A stretch of DNA of 64,000 nucleotides. It comes from Podarcis gaigeae (lineage: Eukaryota). Made by a program: the position numbers and the translations under genes. The notes beneath the pieces are model-generated. The model saw only the letters and a program-made list of their open reading frames with translations. It was not told where the DNA came from and ran no database searches. The DNA is taken from NCBI GenBank assembly GCA_964106915.2, contig OZ066925.1, one strand, 5' to 3'. The stretch's first letter is position 1. Each line of letters begins with the position of its first letter. Shown in pieces: positions 1 through 12,495 of this stretch.

Positions 1-990
1 ACTTCAATTGAAAGCTATTAGCATTTTGGCTAGATATTCTCCTTGGAGAGAGGCTTCCAGGAAAACCAATATAATTCAAAAGACTCACTGTCCTAACAAA
101 ATAAACAGTTAGCTATATTAAGAAACAGCTTTTCACACCCCAGTATGGTATAAAAGAGAACAGTTTGTGCACACTTTCAGACTGTAGATTGCAGGACTTT
201 GGAACAGGGGCACTTCTCTTTTATTTCAAGATACTGTAAGTTGATTAAATACTTATATACAACCAAATAACAGGTTTTATTGACTACTGCAATGAATATG
301 AGCTTAGTTTTGAAGGTGTTAGATATGTCATTCCCACGAAATAAATGGAGCATGCAGTCCAGTCTTCCATTTTAATCAGACATTTGTTTAATCAAGTTCA
401 GTTAGACTTCTAAGCAAATGTGCATCCTTAGACATGCCCTAAAAATGTACCTAATGAAGTGTAGTTGTTCAGGGCAATTGATGAGCACCTGCCTTAAGAG
501 CTTAACTACGTACTCTTAACTATAAGTGTGATACTGTTTCTTATTTTGTAAAGTAGCCCATAGGCCATTTGCCATCTCCCCTTTCAATATGTCAAGCCAA
601 TCTTGAAGGGAAGAAAGCAGGGCAGGGAGTTTGCCTAGTCAGCAGTAACAGGTGGCAAGGTTAGACCAAGCCTGATGGTGCTAGCTGGGACTGATGGAAA
701 TTTCAGTACAAAAGACACAGAGGGGACACAGTTGTCGAAGGCTGGCCTAGACAGAACCAAAGAATGAGCTGAAGCAAGAATTTTCTGTTTCTTTTTCTTG
801 GATGCAGCTGGGAAGTCAGAGACCTGAGGAAGCTGCTCTGGCTTCTGTTCCTTAGCGAATTATTTATTTTCTCCCAGTTTTATATCCAAAGTTGCCACGT
901 TAAAAAATAATAATAATAATAGAAAAAACAGAAACACACATTTACTATATGAAAACTTCAAAAATGATTGCTCCCTAAGATAGCACTTAC

Positions 991-1138
991 TTGTAGGGAA
1001 ATATTTTGCTGCATTAACAAAGCTGTCTGTCATGTCTCCGAAAACAATCATCATGAGAGGAAGGGAGGCTCCATGAAGGGCTGACATGACGGTGCCTAAT
1101 ATCATTAGCAACTTATCCAAGCAGTCAGCGTAACGAAA
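991..1138 (-). CDS. ABCB1: ABCB1 (P-glycoprotein/MDR1) third coding exon (TM1)
   Basis: Translates [49 protein letters not shown], the ABCB1/ABCB4 elbow helix plus TM1. ttttcAG acceptor (1140-1139) and GTAAGT donor (990-985); 148 nt, phase 0 to 1. ABCB1 preferred over ABCB4 because of adjacency to RUNDC3B. The gene continues off the left edge. Confidence 0.92.
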
Positions 1139-1328
1139 CTGAAAACAAAAAAAAATACACACACATTGTTTTAAGTAAAGTGCATTTACAAAGCACATAA
1201 AACATTTGATTGTGTCAGTGTTTCACAGATAACACAAAATCACAAGAGAAATCTACTGATTTTTTCCCCCATTCCTTCTCACTGGCATTAAATCAAGTAC
1301 AGAACTGTGGCACTGTTCTGTTATTGTT

Positions 1329-2328
1329 CCTCTTCATGCTGGAGAAGAGTGACTAGTGGGGTGCCACAGGGTTCTGTCTTGGGCCCGGTCTTATTCAACA
1401 TCTTTATCAACGACTTGGATGATGGACTCAAGGGCATCCTGATCAAATTTGCAGATGACACCAAACTGGGAGGGGTGGCTAACACCCCAGAGGACAGGAT
1501 CACACTTCAAAACGACCTTGACAGATTAGAGAACTGGGCCAAAACAAACAAGATGAATTTTAACAGGGAGAAATGTAAAGTATTGCACTTGGGCAAAAAA
1601 AGTGAGAGGCACAAATACAAGATGGGTGACACCTGGCTTGAGAGCAGTACATGTGAAAAGGATCTACGAGTCTTGGTTGACCACAAACTTGACATAAGCC
1701 AACAGTGTGACGCGGCAGCTAAAAAAGCCAATGCAATTCTGGGCTGCATCAATAGGAGTATAGCATCTAGATCAAGGGAAGTAATAGTGCCACTGTATTC
1801 TGCTCTGGTCAGACCTTACCTGGAGTACTGTGTCCAGTTCTGGGCACCACAGTTCAAGAAGGACACTGACAAACTGGAACATGTCCAGAGGAGGGCAACC
1901 AAAATGGTCAAAGGCCTGGAAACGATGCCTTATGAGGAACGGCTAAGGGAGCTGGGCATGTTTAGCCTGGAGAAGAGGAGGTTAAGGGGTGATATGATAG
2001 CCATGTTCAAATATATAAAAGGATGTCACATAGAGGAGGGAGAAAGGTTGTTTTCTGCTGCTCCAGAGAAGCGGACACGGAGCAATGGTTCCAAACTACA
2101 AGAAAGAAGATTCCACCTAAACATTAGGAAGAACTTCCTGACAGTAAGAGCTGTTCGACAGTGGAATTTGCTGCCAAGGAGTGTGGTGGAGTCTCCTTCT
2201 TTGGAGGTCTTTAAGCAGAGGCTTGACAACCATATGTCAGGAGTGCTCTGATGGTGTTTCCTGCTTGGCAGGGGGTTGGACTCGATGGCCCTTGTGGTCT
2301 CTTCCAACTCTATGATTCTATGATTCTA
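1329..2328 (+). mobile_element. CR1 LINE 3' fragment (RT C-terminal half, open ORF)
   Basis: ORF 1307-2251 with [19 protein letters not shown] and FADDTKL RT motifs; ends in the CR1 (ATTCTATG)n tail. Confidence 0.96.
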
Positions 2329-2688
2329 CCTTGATCACTTGAGATCCTCTGATGGGGCACTCCTAGTAGTTCCCTATGCTCCTGAGGTAGCTCAAATACA
2401 AGTTTTCCTATTGGTTGTGAACAAGTACTTTGGCAAGAGGATGAACACAACTAAAAATGGCCCAATGTAGTATGGGAGCTTTGGCATTCTGCTTTGTGCA
2501 GAAGATGTGCTGTTAAGATGCTGGTGGGGTGGTTATGTCCACGTCAGAAAATATCTAAACCATCTATGCTTTCGACAAATAGGAGAGACGGGCTGCTTGC
2601 TAAAACAGGGGCAGTGTCAGGCATTGGGGTTCCTCTCTTCCTCTTTGCAACCATCCAACAAGCCCAATATTTTGTTGGGCAAAATGTT

Positions 2689-2757
2689 CTTGCATTGCAG
2701 AGGGTTGAACTAGATGGTCCTCGTGGTCCTTTCCAACTCTATAATTTTGTGAGTCTA
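2689..2757 (+). mobile_element. Degraded CR1-type 3' tail fragment
   Basis: Resembles 2263-2328 (gggttgaactagatgg...ttccaactcta). Confidence 0.55.
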
Positions 2758-3091
2758 AAAGCAGGGGATTCCAGTGGTCAGCAGCACCCCCTCAGCTTCC
2801 CCTATTCAGACATTCAGATGGTATGCATCAATCTGTTTGCATAAATTAATGTGCATGCATTGCTGTTTACTGTATTGTTAATGAGCTAATTGTTGTTGTT
2901 TTTCTTGTGTTTTTATTATTAAAGAAAAGAATATGACCGCTCTTCAGGTTCCCTCCTCAGTCTCCTGTTCTCCAAGCTAAATCCCCAGTTTCGTCAAACT
3001 TTCTACATAGAACTAGCTTTCAACCCTGTCCTCCTCAGAACCCCTTCCAATGCATCCACACTGATTTCAAGGTGCAGAACTGAACGCAATA

Positions 3092-3656
3092 CAGTAGTAC
3101 CTTGGTTGTCAAACTTAATCAATTCTGGAAGTCCGTTGCAAAACCAAAGCATTCCAAAACCAAGGTGTGCTTTTCCATAGAAAGTACTGTAATGCAAAAC
3201 GGATTAATCCGTTCCAGACTTTTAAAAACAACCCCTAAAACAGCAATTTAACATGAATTTTACTATCTAACAAGACCATTGATCCATAAAATGAAAGCAA
3301 TAATCAATGTACTGTACTATAAAATAAATAAGACAGTATTGTAGATGATGAAAATTATCATCCACACAGTCACTAAAACAAATTAACCGAAAAAGCCTCA
3401 AAAACAAAAATGCAAAATAAATAGCAAAAACAAAAACACCAAACTTAATCTGTTCTGGAAGTCCATTTGACTTCCAAAATGTTTGAAAACCAAAGCGCAG
3501 CTTCTGATTGGTGCAGGCACCCTGGAAACAATAGCTGACAGTCGCACTGGACATCCGGCTTCCAAAAAAGTTCGAAAACCGGAACACTTCGGGTTTTCGG
3601 TGTTTGGGAACCAAGGCGTTTGAGAACGAAAGCGTTTGAGAACCAAGGTACCACTG
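3092..3656. mobile_element. Non-autonomous Tc1/mariner (pogo/Tigger-type) element
   Basis: TIRs CAGTAGTACCTTGGTT / AACCAAGGTACCACTG, TA target duplication. Confidence 0.85.
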
Positions 3657-4635
3657 TACTCGCAAAATAGGTCTAGCAAATAGTTGACTCAGTAGTTTGT
3701 TGGTTTTTGTGCTGCCTGATCTGACAAACGAACATCGCATAAATTTAATAACTGCAATTGCCAAACTGCACTCTACTTGTAACATAGTTGTGGGATTTAA
3801 TTTTGGGAGGCTGAAGAATCTTGAGCTGTTGATTTGCACCAGTTTAACAAATCAGTCTCTGGCATCAGGAAATGGGATGGGATAAAAACGAAGGCTTCCA
3901 GTACTATAGAGAGTTGAACAAATGCACATTTCTATGCAAATGAAATGTCGTTCTTTAGGGTTGATGTTTCCTAACATAAGCACCCTATGGATAGCAATCA
4001 GTCATACTTATGTCCTTACTCACCTAATATACATTTAATATTTGACACAATAGCCTAGTGCAAATATTATGCAGCCATTCACTACCATATCCTTGCCTCT
4101 CCATGTAAACTATTTCTTTCTTCCGATAGCATTACATCATCAAGACTAACTATGCTGTGTACACATTCTTGTTTACTCTGCATATAGTGTGCTCCCACAG
4201 CCGCTTTCGGAAGTGGTGTACACATAAGGTTATTCACAACCAATATCACTCCTGTTGTTTCTAATAGAAATACTGCGATTTGATGTGTTTTCTCCCAAAT
4301 GAGCTTCAATCCTAATTGAGAAAAAGAACAGCCTTGCTGTGTTTTAAGCATGCAAAGTGCACACAGCCTTAATTTAACCATGAAGGCTTACCCTAATTAG
4401 TGTTTAACGGACTCTGCAGATCCTGGTTAAAGCTAACCATAGTTAACACTGCACCACATAATTAATGCTGATAAGAGAATAAGGGGTGAAATTTGCACTT
4501 GAGGGAAAAAAGAGGTGAGAGTCTACAGTTGATGTCTTATCTATTAAAAGATCACCAGTGCTACATCTGCAATGGGCCTGTAGAAGTGTGCATCGATTGA
4601 AGTACAGTACAATATACACATGGAACAGAGCTTAC

Positions 4636-4690
4636 CATTGTAAATGGGCTGACCTTCTTAGGCTTCTCTTTGCTTGGCTTTTCTTTACTG
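4636..4690 (-). CDS. ABCB1: ABCB1 second coding exon
   Basis: tgttcAG|C AGT AAA...ACA ATG|GTAAG; encodes SKEKPSKEKPKKVSPFTM; phase 2 to 0 joins both neighbouring exons in frame. Confidence 0.88.
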
Positions 4691-5335
4691 CTGAACAAAT
4701 AATAAATAGCTTTGTGAGATTTCAGAGAAGAACCAAGTTTAACCGTTAACGATAAACAAAAACAAAATTTACCCTTGAAGGCATAAAATAAAAGCAAATT
4801 GCATTTGTTCTTGTGTGATGCATTTTGCAGCTATTTCTAAAGCCCCTTTTAAAATGTGTGTGCATGTAACATCTCTTAAGTAAGTCTCATATCACCACAA
4901 AATTATGGTCAGACACCAGTAAGAGCAGGCATTAAAATACAAAATCTAAAATCCCTTTCTGCTCCTCAGAATTGGCGGCTCTGTAATTTTGGGTTGACAT
5001 AGGATTTCAAACTAGCACAGCAGGGCCGGCAACATTATACTAGGGTTGTGTATTCTCAGAGGGATTTAAGGCTTTCCCCAATTGAAACAGGTATCCATCA
5101 AAGCATCTGAACTGAATAGGTCTGCTCCTGAATCCTGGGATTGCACCAGAGCTTCTGAGATTTCAGAGGGCTCAGAGGACCATGTCATCGGTTTATTTGC
5201 ATGTCATTTCCACACAACATTTCCCCCCAAATTGGCTCAGAACATATCAAATGAATAGCAGTGGCAAGTCAAAAATTATACATTACAAGCATTCTACAAG
5301 GCATTCAACAAATATTTGCCCTAGTTAGTTTAAAC

Positions 5336-5471
5336 CAGGCTTCCTCAACCTCGGCCCTTCAGATGTTTTGAGACTACAATTCCCATCTTCCCTGACCACT
5401 GGTCCTGCTAGCTAGGGATCATGGGAGTTGTAGGCCAAAAACATCTGGAGGGATGAGGTTGAGGAAGCCTG
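5336..5471. mobile_element. Palindromic hAT-type MITE
   Basis: TIR CAGGCTTCCTCAACCTC / GAGGTTGAGGAAGCCTG, internal actacaattcccatc/gggagttgtag arms, imperfect 8-bp TSD. Confidence 0.75.
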
Positions 5472-6085
5472 GTTTATAAATTTTAGATAGCAGCCATATA
5501 TCTCACTAGCACACACACCCTGCCCCAGATAATCTCATCTTTCAGTTTAGTTCTCATCTCTCATTTCTCCACTTCTCATCTGTGTTTTTCTTTTAGGCTG
5601 AACTTTACATATTTATATTATCGTATGTGTTTACAGCATCTGTTTTGCTATTTCAAACAAATCACGGTTTCCCATTACAGCTGTACGCAGAGGACAGCAT
5701 GGTTTGTCCAAACCACAATGATTTAAACCAGGATTTGAAACCACAGTTTTGATCCTGGATTGCTATATTCTTATGTAACCTATTCAGACATAACAGGACC
5801 CCGAAATGTATTCCAAAGAGCAAAAGGAAGCTTTAAACATCTTCTCCTAGGGCAAAAAGGGGAAGGGAGAGCATGTGAGCCTCACTTGCTTGTCATAATT
5901 CTGAACCAGAGTTGTTTAGAATTATGAGCACATCCATGGCATATGCTTCAAGCAATCTTATACCTCTTTAGCAGGCATATGACTTCACCCAAAGTAACCA
6001 GTAATTTGTTATGGGTACTGAGAGTTGTTAAGAGACCCCTTTAAGCTCCCATGACTCTTTGAGGGATGCCAAGACTGGTAAAGGG

Positions 6086-6407
6086 GTGAAGATCAAACCT
6101 ATCCATTCTGAAGGAAATCAGCCCTGAGTGCTCACTGGAAGGACAGATCCTGAAGCTGAGACTCCAATACTTTGGCCACCTCATGAGAAGAGAAGACTCC
6201 CTGGAAAAGACCCTGATGTTGGGAAAGATTGAGGGCACAAGGAGAAGGGGACGGCAGAGGACGAGATGGTTGGATAGTGTTCTCGAAGCTACCAGCATGA
6301 GTTTGACCAAACTGCAGGAGGCAGTGGAAGACAGGAGTGCCTGGCGTGCTCTGGTCCATGGGGTCATGAAGAGTCGGACACGACTAAACGACTAAACAAC
6401 AACAACA
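6086..6407 (+). mobile_element. RTE-BovB LINE 3' fragment
   Basis: Encodes MRREDSLEKTLMLGKIEGTRRRGRQRTRWLD...VMKSRTRLND; (CAA)n tail. Confidence 0.93.
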
Positions 6408-8309
6408 ATAAATGTATAGTGTGGATGTGACTATTTATGAACTGATCCAAACACATCTAATCAGTTTCCCCTCCATTTGATATATAGAGATAGAAAAGAA
6501 AATGTGTGTGAGAGGAGGGATCAGGGAGGCCTCCTTTCTAGCATACTGAGGTGTTGATGGTCCAGCCCTACTGGAATCAACAAAGCAGGGAGACCATGCT
6601 GAAGATGCCAGGTCACTCAGCCTTGCAGAGGATAAGGTGGGGCTCGAGGGGCTTTGGGTGTGGATTCCAGCCATGGAGAAAGGGAAATGAAGGGGAATAT
6701 GTGAGTGAGTGGAACTGAGGAGGAATAAGCAGAGGCCCTGGAAGTAAACAGGGTGAGGAAACGAGGGAAATTAACAGCAGCTGAGAGCAAGATGCTGAGA
6801 GCAAGATGCTGACCGTGATAGGAATAAGGGGAAACAGCATCACCTGTGGTAAATTCAGAGGTTACAGCTGGAAAAAAAAAGGAAATGGCAAATACCACCA
6901 GAGAAGGAGGAAACAAGGAAGAGAGGAAGGAGGGGCCGCAAGTCTGGGGCATCCTACCTCAGCAATGGGCTAAGTAGCAAAAGCATAACGAAGCCACCCT
7001 AAGAGGGTGTCTGGAAATGAGAAGAGCCCGAAACATTAGAGGGCACTGGGGCTCTTAAGGCATTTGGGACCCACAAGAAAGTGAGATGGGAATCTTCACA
7101 GCACAATCCTTACTCGCCTGCAGGCTTGGCAATTTGTCCTTGATTTCACCTCCCACACAAAACTAGACATGAAGCTTCCTAAAAGGTTAAAGTGAGCCGC
7201 TTTGCATTGCAACAAACACCCACATTATTTTTTTACTGTTAGAACACAATAGAGCAACATAATTGACGTGTGATGTCCTGTCTCCCGGCAGGTTTGTGTT
7301 TCTAAGAGCTAGACAGTATCACTAGACAGTAATGCAGCAGGTGAAGCTTTCTCCTAGCAGTTAGCGGCAATGATGGGATAAGGTACAAGTGCCGAACTTC
7401 TGCCTATAAGCACCGATTATTATCTGTAAGGAGGGGGGATTAGTAAAATCTGAGCAAATTCATACATGGCTGGCAAAGTGCCAAATGTGGTTTCAAGCTT
7501 TCTGAATTAATCAAGATCCAGAATCGTAAATATATTTGTAATGCCCCAAGGCCTTGCCAAAAAGTAGTCAAAAAAGAACATACCAATGATTAAATATATA
7601 ATGTCAGAACTGTTTCTAGGTTGTTGTATTTTTGAACAATGTTTATTTTAAAAAAACCAAAAAACCTTATACTTTTTACTTGGGATGGACAAATTAGTCA
7701 GTTCTGGTTCTCCGGTTCTCATTTATGATTTTTGCCTTTTTTAAAAAATGAAAATTTGTCAGCATCTCAGGATGTATTTCTCCTAATGTACACATTTTTT
7801 GTTGGGAGTTTTTCCTAATATTAGTGTATGTTATTTTCACCTATCTATGCCTTTAAAAGATTCTTCTATGGATTAGATTAGAAGGATGGAGAATTAGATT
7901 GTGAAATTCAGAGAAGTGTGAATTTCAAAAGATGCTTCACATACTGCTTTGGAAAATGCAGTTTGTTAAGTTTGCCTTTAAATATGAACAGGATTTAATT
8001 TCTACCCGAGCCTTAATTTTGACAAACAAACCATGTAATAACATACAGACAGTAAAGCTACCAAGATGACAATATATTATTCTACCATGTCTGCAGATCA
8101 CAAATTAATGTCTAGATACACCAAAAGAGATACAGTATTAGATGTTGCTGGCTTCCCTAAAATCCAAGAGTCAGCCGGCAAATAACTTGAACAGACTAGT
8201 TGCATTTGAAAGGCTGTGTATAAGTAGGTGATGTTTTCCTCCATGAACAGGAAGCATTATGAAGCAAGTAAGACAAACTCATGGGCTGTAAATGCAGGAA
8301 AATACCCAC

Positions 8310-8401
8310 CTTTTCCTTTCATCTTGAGAAGCATTATTTCTTTCAGCCATCTCTTCAAGCTTTCCGTTCATGTTTGCCTTTGCTTGGCTCTCTGATGCCA
8401 T
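8310..8401 (-). CDS. ABCB1: ABCB1 first coding exon (exon 2; full exon 8310-8407 with a 6-nt leader GCAGAA)
   Basis: catcAG|GCAGAA ATG GCA... encodes MASESQAKANMNGKLEEMAERNNASQDERK, then AG|GTGGGT; phase 2 matches the next exon. The short pre-ATG leader mirrors mammalian ABCB1 exon 2. Confidence 0.85.
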
Positions 8402-8881
8402 TTCTGCCTGATGAGCAAATGGAATCTTTCAGGAAATTAAATAACAAACCACTTTAGGTCTTAAAGAAACATGCTGCTAATGGGACTACAACATGCACGC
8501 ACGCACACACGCAAGCAAATGCTGCTTTTAAAACAAATGGACTTCTCCAAAAATAGCATTCAGAACAACCGGCCAGTAATTATTTTATATTAAATAAAAT
8601 GCTACATTGGACAGCCTTCAGGTGGAGTAACATGAAATTCACCAGAGTAGTTTTTTTTTAAAAAAAATAAAACCCTGTTGTGTTGTTTCATTTAAATTTG
8701 GGCATACATTAATATGGATTTTGGATCCCTGATTGAAATAGTTTTGTGGAATTAATTAGAGTGAAAAAAGGACCAAAGTACAGTTTTCTGTTTAATAGTT
8801 TGGCACTCTCACTCTCACTTTCACACACTCAGTCTCTGCTTTTTTAAAACACAGCATTTAAGTGTACATGATACACAAAAC

Positions 8882-9056
8882 CAGTGCTTTTTTAAATAAA
8901 AAAATATTTAGGGGTACTCTAATTTTGACTCAAGAAAATAACAATTTTATAGTTCAAATTGGGAAAAATAAACACAGTAAATGGACAAAAGTACAAAGAT
9001 TCACAAAATGTTTAGGGGTATGCGTACCCCTGCATCCACCCAGAAAAAAAGAACTG
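8882..9056. mobile_element. hAT-type MITE in ABCB1 intron 1
   Basis: TIR CAGTGCTTTTTT / AAAAAAGAACTG; perfect 8-bp TSD CACAAAAC at 8874-8881 and 9057-9064. Confidence 0.75.
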
Positions 9057-9094
9057 CACAAAACTCAGAAAAAAGTAGAAAAATCCAGACTTAC

Positions 9095-9385
9095 CAAAAG
9101 TTGGGGTTCTTCTTTCTTGTCTTTAATTCTTGAAATGTTGAGAAGCTATGAGTTGCAGTGAAATGGCCGGTGATGGGAGGTAGGTGATATGGCAAGTTAC
9201 TGTTCTGTTACATAAAGCAGTGAGTGACAAGGCAAATGCTTGTTATAACAGATATTTGCAGGCAGTTCCTGCTCCCCTTGGACCTTGTCTACTCCCAGGC
9301 AGACTCCACCTCCTTCCAGACTTAATGTTTAACACAGTCAGAGCTGTCACTTAGGAACCTCTCTCACTCATAATTCCACATGAAT
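9095..9385 (-). other. ABCB1: Probable non-coding ABCB1 exon 1 (5' boundary approximate)
   Basis: Consensus donor TTG|GTAAGT at 9095/9094, about 690 nt upstream of exon 2; start inferred from the TATA-like box at 9412-9418. Confidence 0.55.
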
Positions 9386-9409
9386 AAAGAGCCCTTCCTG
9401 TTTTCATGA

Positions 9410-9425
9410 TGCTTTATAAGGTCAG
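9410..9425 (-). promoter_or_regulatory. Candidate ABCB1 proximal TATA box (TATAAAG) with adjacent TGACCT nuclear-receptor half-site
   Basis: Minus strand reads TGACCTTATAAAGC; motif and position only. Confidence 0.35.
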
Positions 9426-9649
9426 AATCTGCTTCCCAAAATATCAGTATCAACTACTATTTTCTTCTTTCTCATTTTTGGTAGTTTTAAAAGCACTCTC
9501 TAGTATTACAGAGCACAAATGGTAGAAGAATAGGTAAACTATTGGAGATAAAAGGACAGGAAATCTCAAAATGGGAGAGATGGAAATAATGTTTTAGGGA
9601 AGGGATTGAAGATTCCAGAAAGGGAGTAGTCAAAATATATATATGTATA

Positions 9650-9955
9650 TCCCCTGACCGTTAAGTCCAGTCGGGACGACCATGGGGTTGCGGCACTCAT
9701 CTCACTTTATAGGCCGAGGGAGCTGGTGTTTGTCCACAGACAGCTTCTGGGTCATGTGGCCAGCATGACTAAGTTGCTTCTGGTGAACCAGAGCAGCACA
9801 CAGAAACGCCGTTTACCTTCCCGCTGAAGTGGTATCTACTTGCACTTTTGACGTGCTTTCAAACTGCTAGGTTGGCAGGAGCAGGGACCGAGCAACAGGA
9901 GCTCACCCCGTTGCGGAGATTCGAACCACTGACCTTCTGATCAGCAAGCCCTAGC
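9650..9955 (-). mobile_element. Sauria SINE (POM-type), 5'-truncated
   Basis: Collinear with the copies at 13427 and 41823. Confidence 0.88.
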
Positions 9956-10066
9956 ATGTTTACTTAGAACTATATTTCCTAGCACTAGCTGGACCTGAAG
10001 GGAGTTGGAATCCAAAGCATCTGGAGAACACCAGCTGGGCAAAATCTGCCACAGTAAGTTTGTTTC

Positions 10067-10345
10067 ACAGGGGTCAGCAAACATTTTCAGCAGGGGGCCG
10101 GTCCACTGTCCCTCAGGCCTTGTGGGGGACTGGACCCACCCTCTCCCGAAAGGGGTAAGAGTGCCCCTGCCCACAGCAAGAGTGCCCAATGCACGCACAG
10201 ACACCCCACCGCCACTCATGGCATCTCCTGCTCTGCTCTGTCTCCAATGTCGGCGATGAGAAAGCCAAACTTTTTGACGTGGCGCTCGTTGTCGGATAAT
10301 GGGAGTCGTAGTCTCAAAACATCTGGAGGGCCGGGTTTGGCCACC
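10067..10345. mobile_element. hAT-type MITE, degraded
   Basis: CAGGGGTCAGCAAAC start and gggagtcgtagtctcaaaacatctggagggcc end, related to the 5336 element. Confidence 0.5.
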
Positions 10346-10469
10346 ACAGGTTTACGACATTGATCTTTGGGTGGGACTTACTTTAGAGTAAATAATATGT
10401 CCACAGAATTGTGATGTAAGTCTTCCAAAGTGTTTCTTCATATTGTCTGTAAACATGTCTCATGGTATA

Positions 10470-10729
10470 CAGTCATACCTCAGGTTGAATGTGCTTCAGG
10501 TTGAGTGCTTTTGGGTTGCGCTCTGCAGCAACCCGGAAGTAACAGAGTGTGTTACTTCCGGGTTTCGCTGCTCGTACATGTGCAGACATTCAAAATGACG
10601 TCACACGCATGTGCGGAAGTGGCAAAACGTGACCCACGCACACACAGACATGCCGTCGCGTCTTACGTTCTATTCAGGATACGAATGGGGCTCCAGAACG
10701 GATCCCGTTCACATCCCGAGGTACCACTG
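10470..10729. mobile_element. pogo/Tigger-type MITE
   Basis: TA-CAGTCATACCTC ... GAGGTACCACTG-TA. Confidence 0.8.
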
Positions 10730-10772
10730 TATGCTATTTTTTTAAAAAAGGTAAAGGACCATTGCTCTCAAC

Positions 10773-11049
10773 TGTTATGTACTGAAGTTTTCACCCTGGG
10801 CCAGCAGGGGGATACTGTAGATAGTTCAGGTCCACATATGCAAATAAGGGATCGAAAGTGACGTTCAGTGATTGGATAGTTACAGAAAATGGTTACTGTT
10901 GCGTTCTAGTGGAGCTCTATATAAGCAGGCTGGCTGAACCCTTCAGTTCAGTTCTGTTCTGGCCTGTGAATAAACAAGAGCTGTTTGAAGAATCGCTGTG
11001 TTGTCTGATATGTTCACCCACAACTTAACACTGGCGATGAAGGTGGGAT
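10773..11049 (+). mobile_element. Gypsy-type 5' LTR (10773-11030) with tRNA-Ser-like primer binding site (11032-11049)
   Basis: TGTTA...TAACA termini, TATATAA 10918, AATAAA 10969. Followed by TGGCGATGAAGGTGGGAT, near-complementary to the tRNA-Ser(GCT) 3' end as recalled. Internal sequence is absent. Confidence 0.8.
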
Positions 11050-11721
11050 GGATGGATAACAGAGCACAGCATACAAAAATGAATTATATTAAGGGAAATT
11101 GCTTACAGAAATCTGTGCATTAGTCAAAACGGCATACAAAAATGGATCTGTTGGGAGAAATTTGCACTAAAATACAAATGAATTTTCCTGAGGCTTTAAA
11201 AAATAATAATAAATTGCTGCCAAAATTTGTAGAATGGAATTTAAGATTGGAAAAATGAGAAAGAGAAAGAACCTAAATGGACAAATCCATCCATCCCTTC
11301 TCACCTATAACACCACCTCCAGCTGGGGGGGCTGTCTCCTTTTCTTCACCTACTGGAAAAAACTTTAGCTAGTAGTTTCTGTGGCAGTCAGTCATCTGTG
11401 CTCCTCAGTCATACAAACGGATACTTAATAGAGCTATTGACTTAACAAAGGGACTGGTTTGATCGCTTTAGCAGCCTCCTTTGTTACAGCCCCTTACTTT
11501 ATAGATTTGAACCACAAGTTTGGAGGGGACCCCAGGATGACATTCGGACTTACCACCACCACCCCAGCAATTTTATAGTGATACTTTTCAGATAAACAAC
11601 CCAGAAATGCCATTACTGTATTTTAAGGGATGAATGCATTTGTTCTTCTACAGACCTCATGTCAGACTAATTATATTTATTGTTATATTATTATGCTATT
11701 CTTTATACAAAGATGACAGAT

Positions 11722-12000
11722 CATGGGTGTAGCTGGGGGGCAGGGAGGGGCAGCTGCCCCCCCCTAACTAAAAATCAATAAAAGGAAGTTTTTAATGACT
11801 GATGTTTTAATGTATTTTTAATCGTTTGTTGGAAGCCGTCATAAATGAAGACGAAGACGAAGACGAAGACGAAGACGAAGAAGAAGAAGAAGAAGAAGAA
11901 GAAGAAGAAGAAGAAGCTAACTGAGGTTCTGCCCCCCATAACAAGAGTCCTACCCCCTAACAAAAGGCTTGCCCCAACAAAAATCCTGGCTACACCCATG
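11722..12000. mobile_element. hAT-type MITE containing a (GAAGAC)n(GAA)n microsatellite
   Basis: TIR CATGGGTGTAGC / GCTACACCCATG; perfect 8-bp TSD TGACAGAT at 11714-11721 and 12001-12008. Confidence 0.82.
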
Positions 12001-12495
12001 TGACAGATAGAACCCATTTTTATTTTAACTAAGTAAGTAGTTCTGTCAGTACAAGAATTTTTTCCTCCTCCTCCTCCTGCGATCCCCCCCTCGCATCTCT
12101 TCTAGGGTTCCCTCAACACTCTGGAGCATATGTCGGGAGGGTGCAGGGTGTGGGTGTGTGTAGCGTAGGGAGGAAATCCTGTTGCACTAGTGATAATCCT
12201 TGAGTTGATGGGAGAAGATAGTAGAATAGCACCATACATTCTGGCCATACTGTCCTAAATATGTCTACTCAGAAGCCAGACCAACAGAGTTCAATGAGTC
12301 CATTAGTCTTAGTCAAATATAAGTAAGCCTTCCTTTTTAAACCCACTTGCTATGGAATAAGACCCATTGAACATAGAGAGGCTTATTTCTATGTAAACAC
12401 GCATACGATTGCCTTGTTAAGTTTTCCAGAATGCATTTGAACACTTGTGAATGTACATAACAATTATCTTGATGGATCAGACGAAAATCTATCTA

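Noticed and set aside
1-60. Next ABCB1 coding exon at the window edge
   Set aside because: The phase-compatible frame after the candidate acceptor hits a stop, and no LEEEM-like motif is present.
6470-7090. Purine-rich block resembling a retroelement leader
   Set aside because: No diagnostic termini or protein motif.
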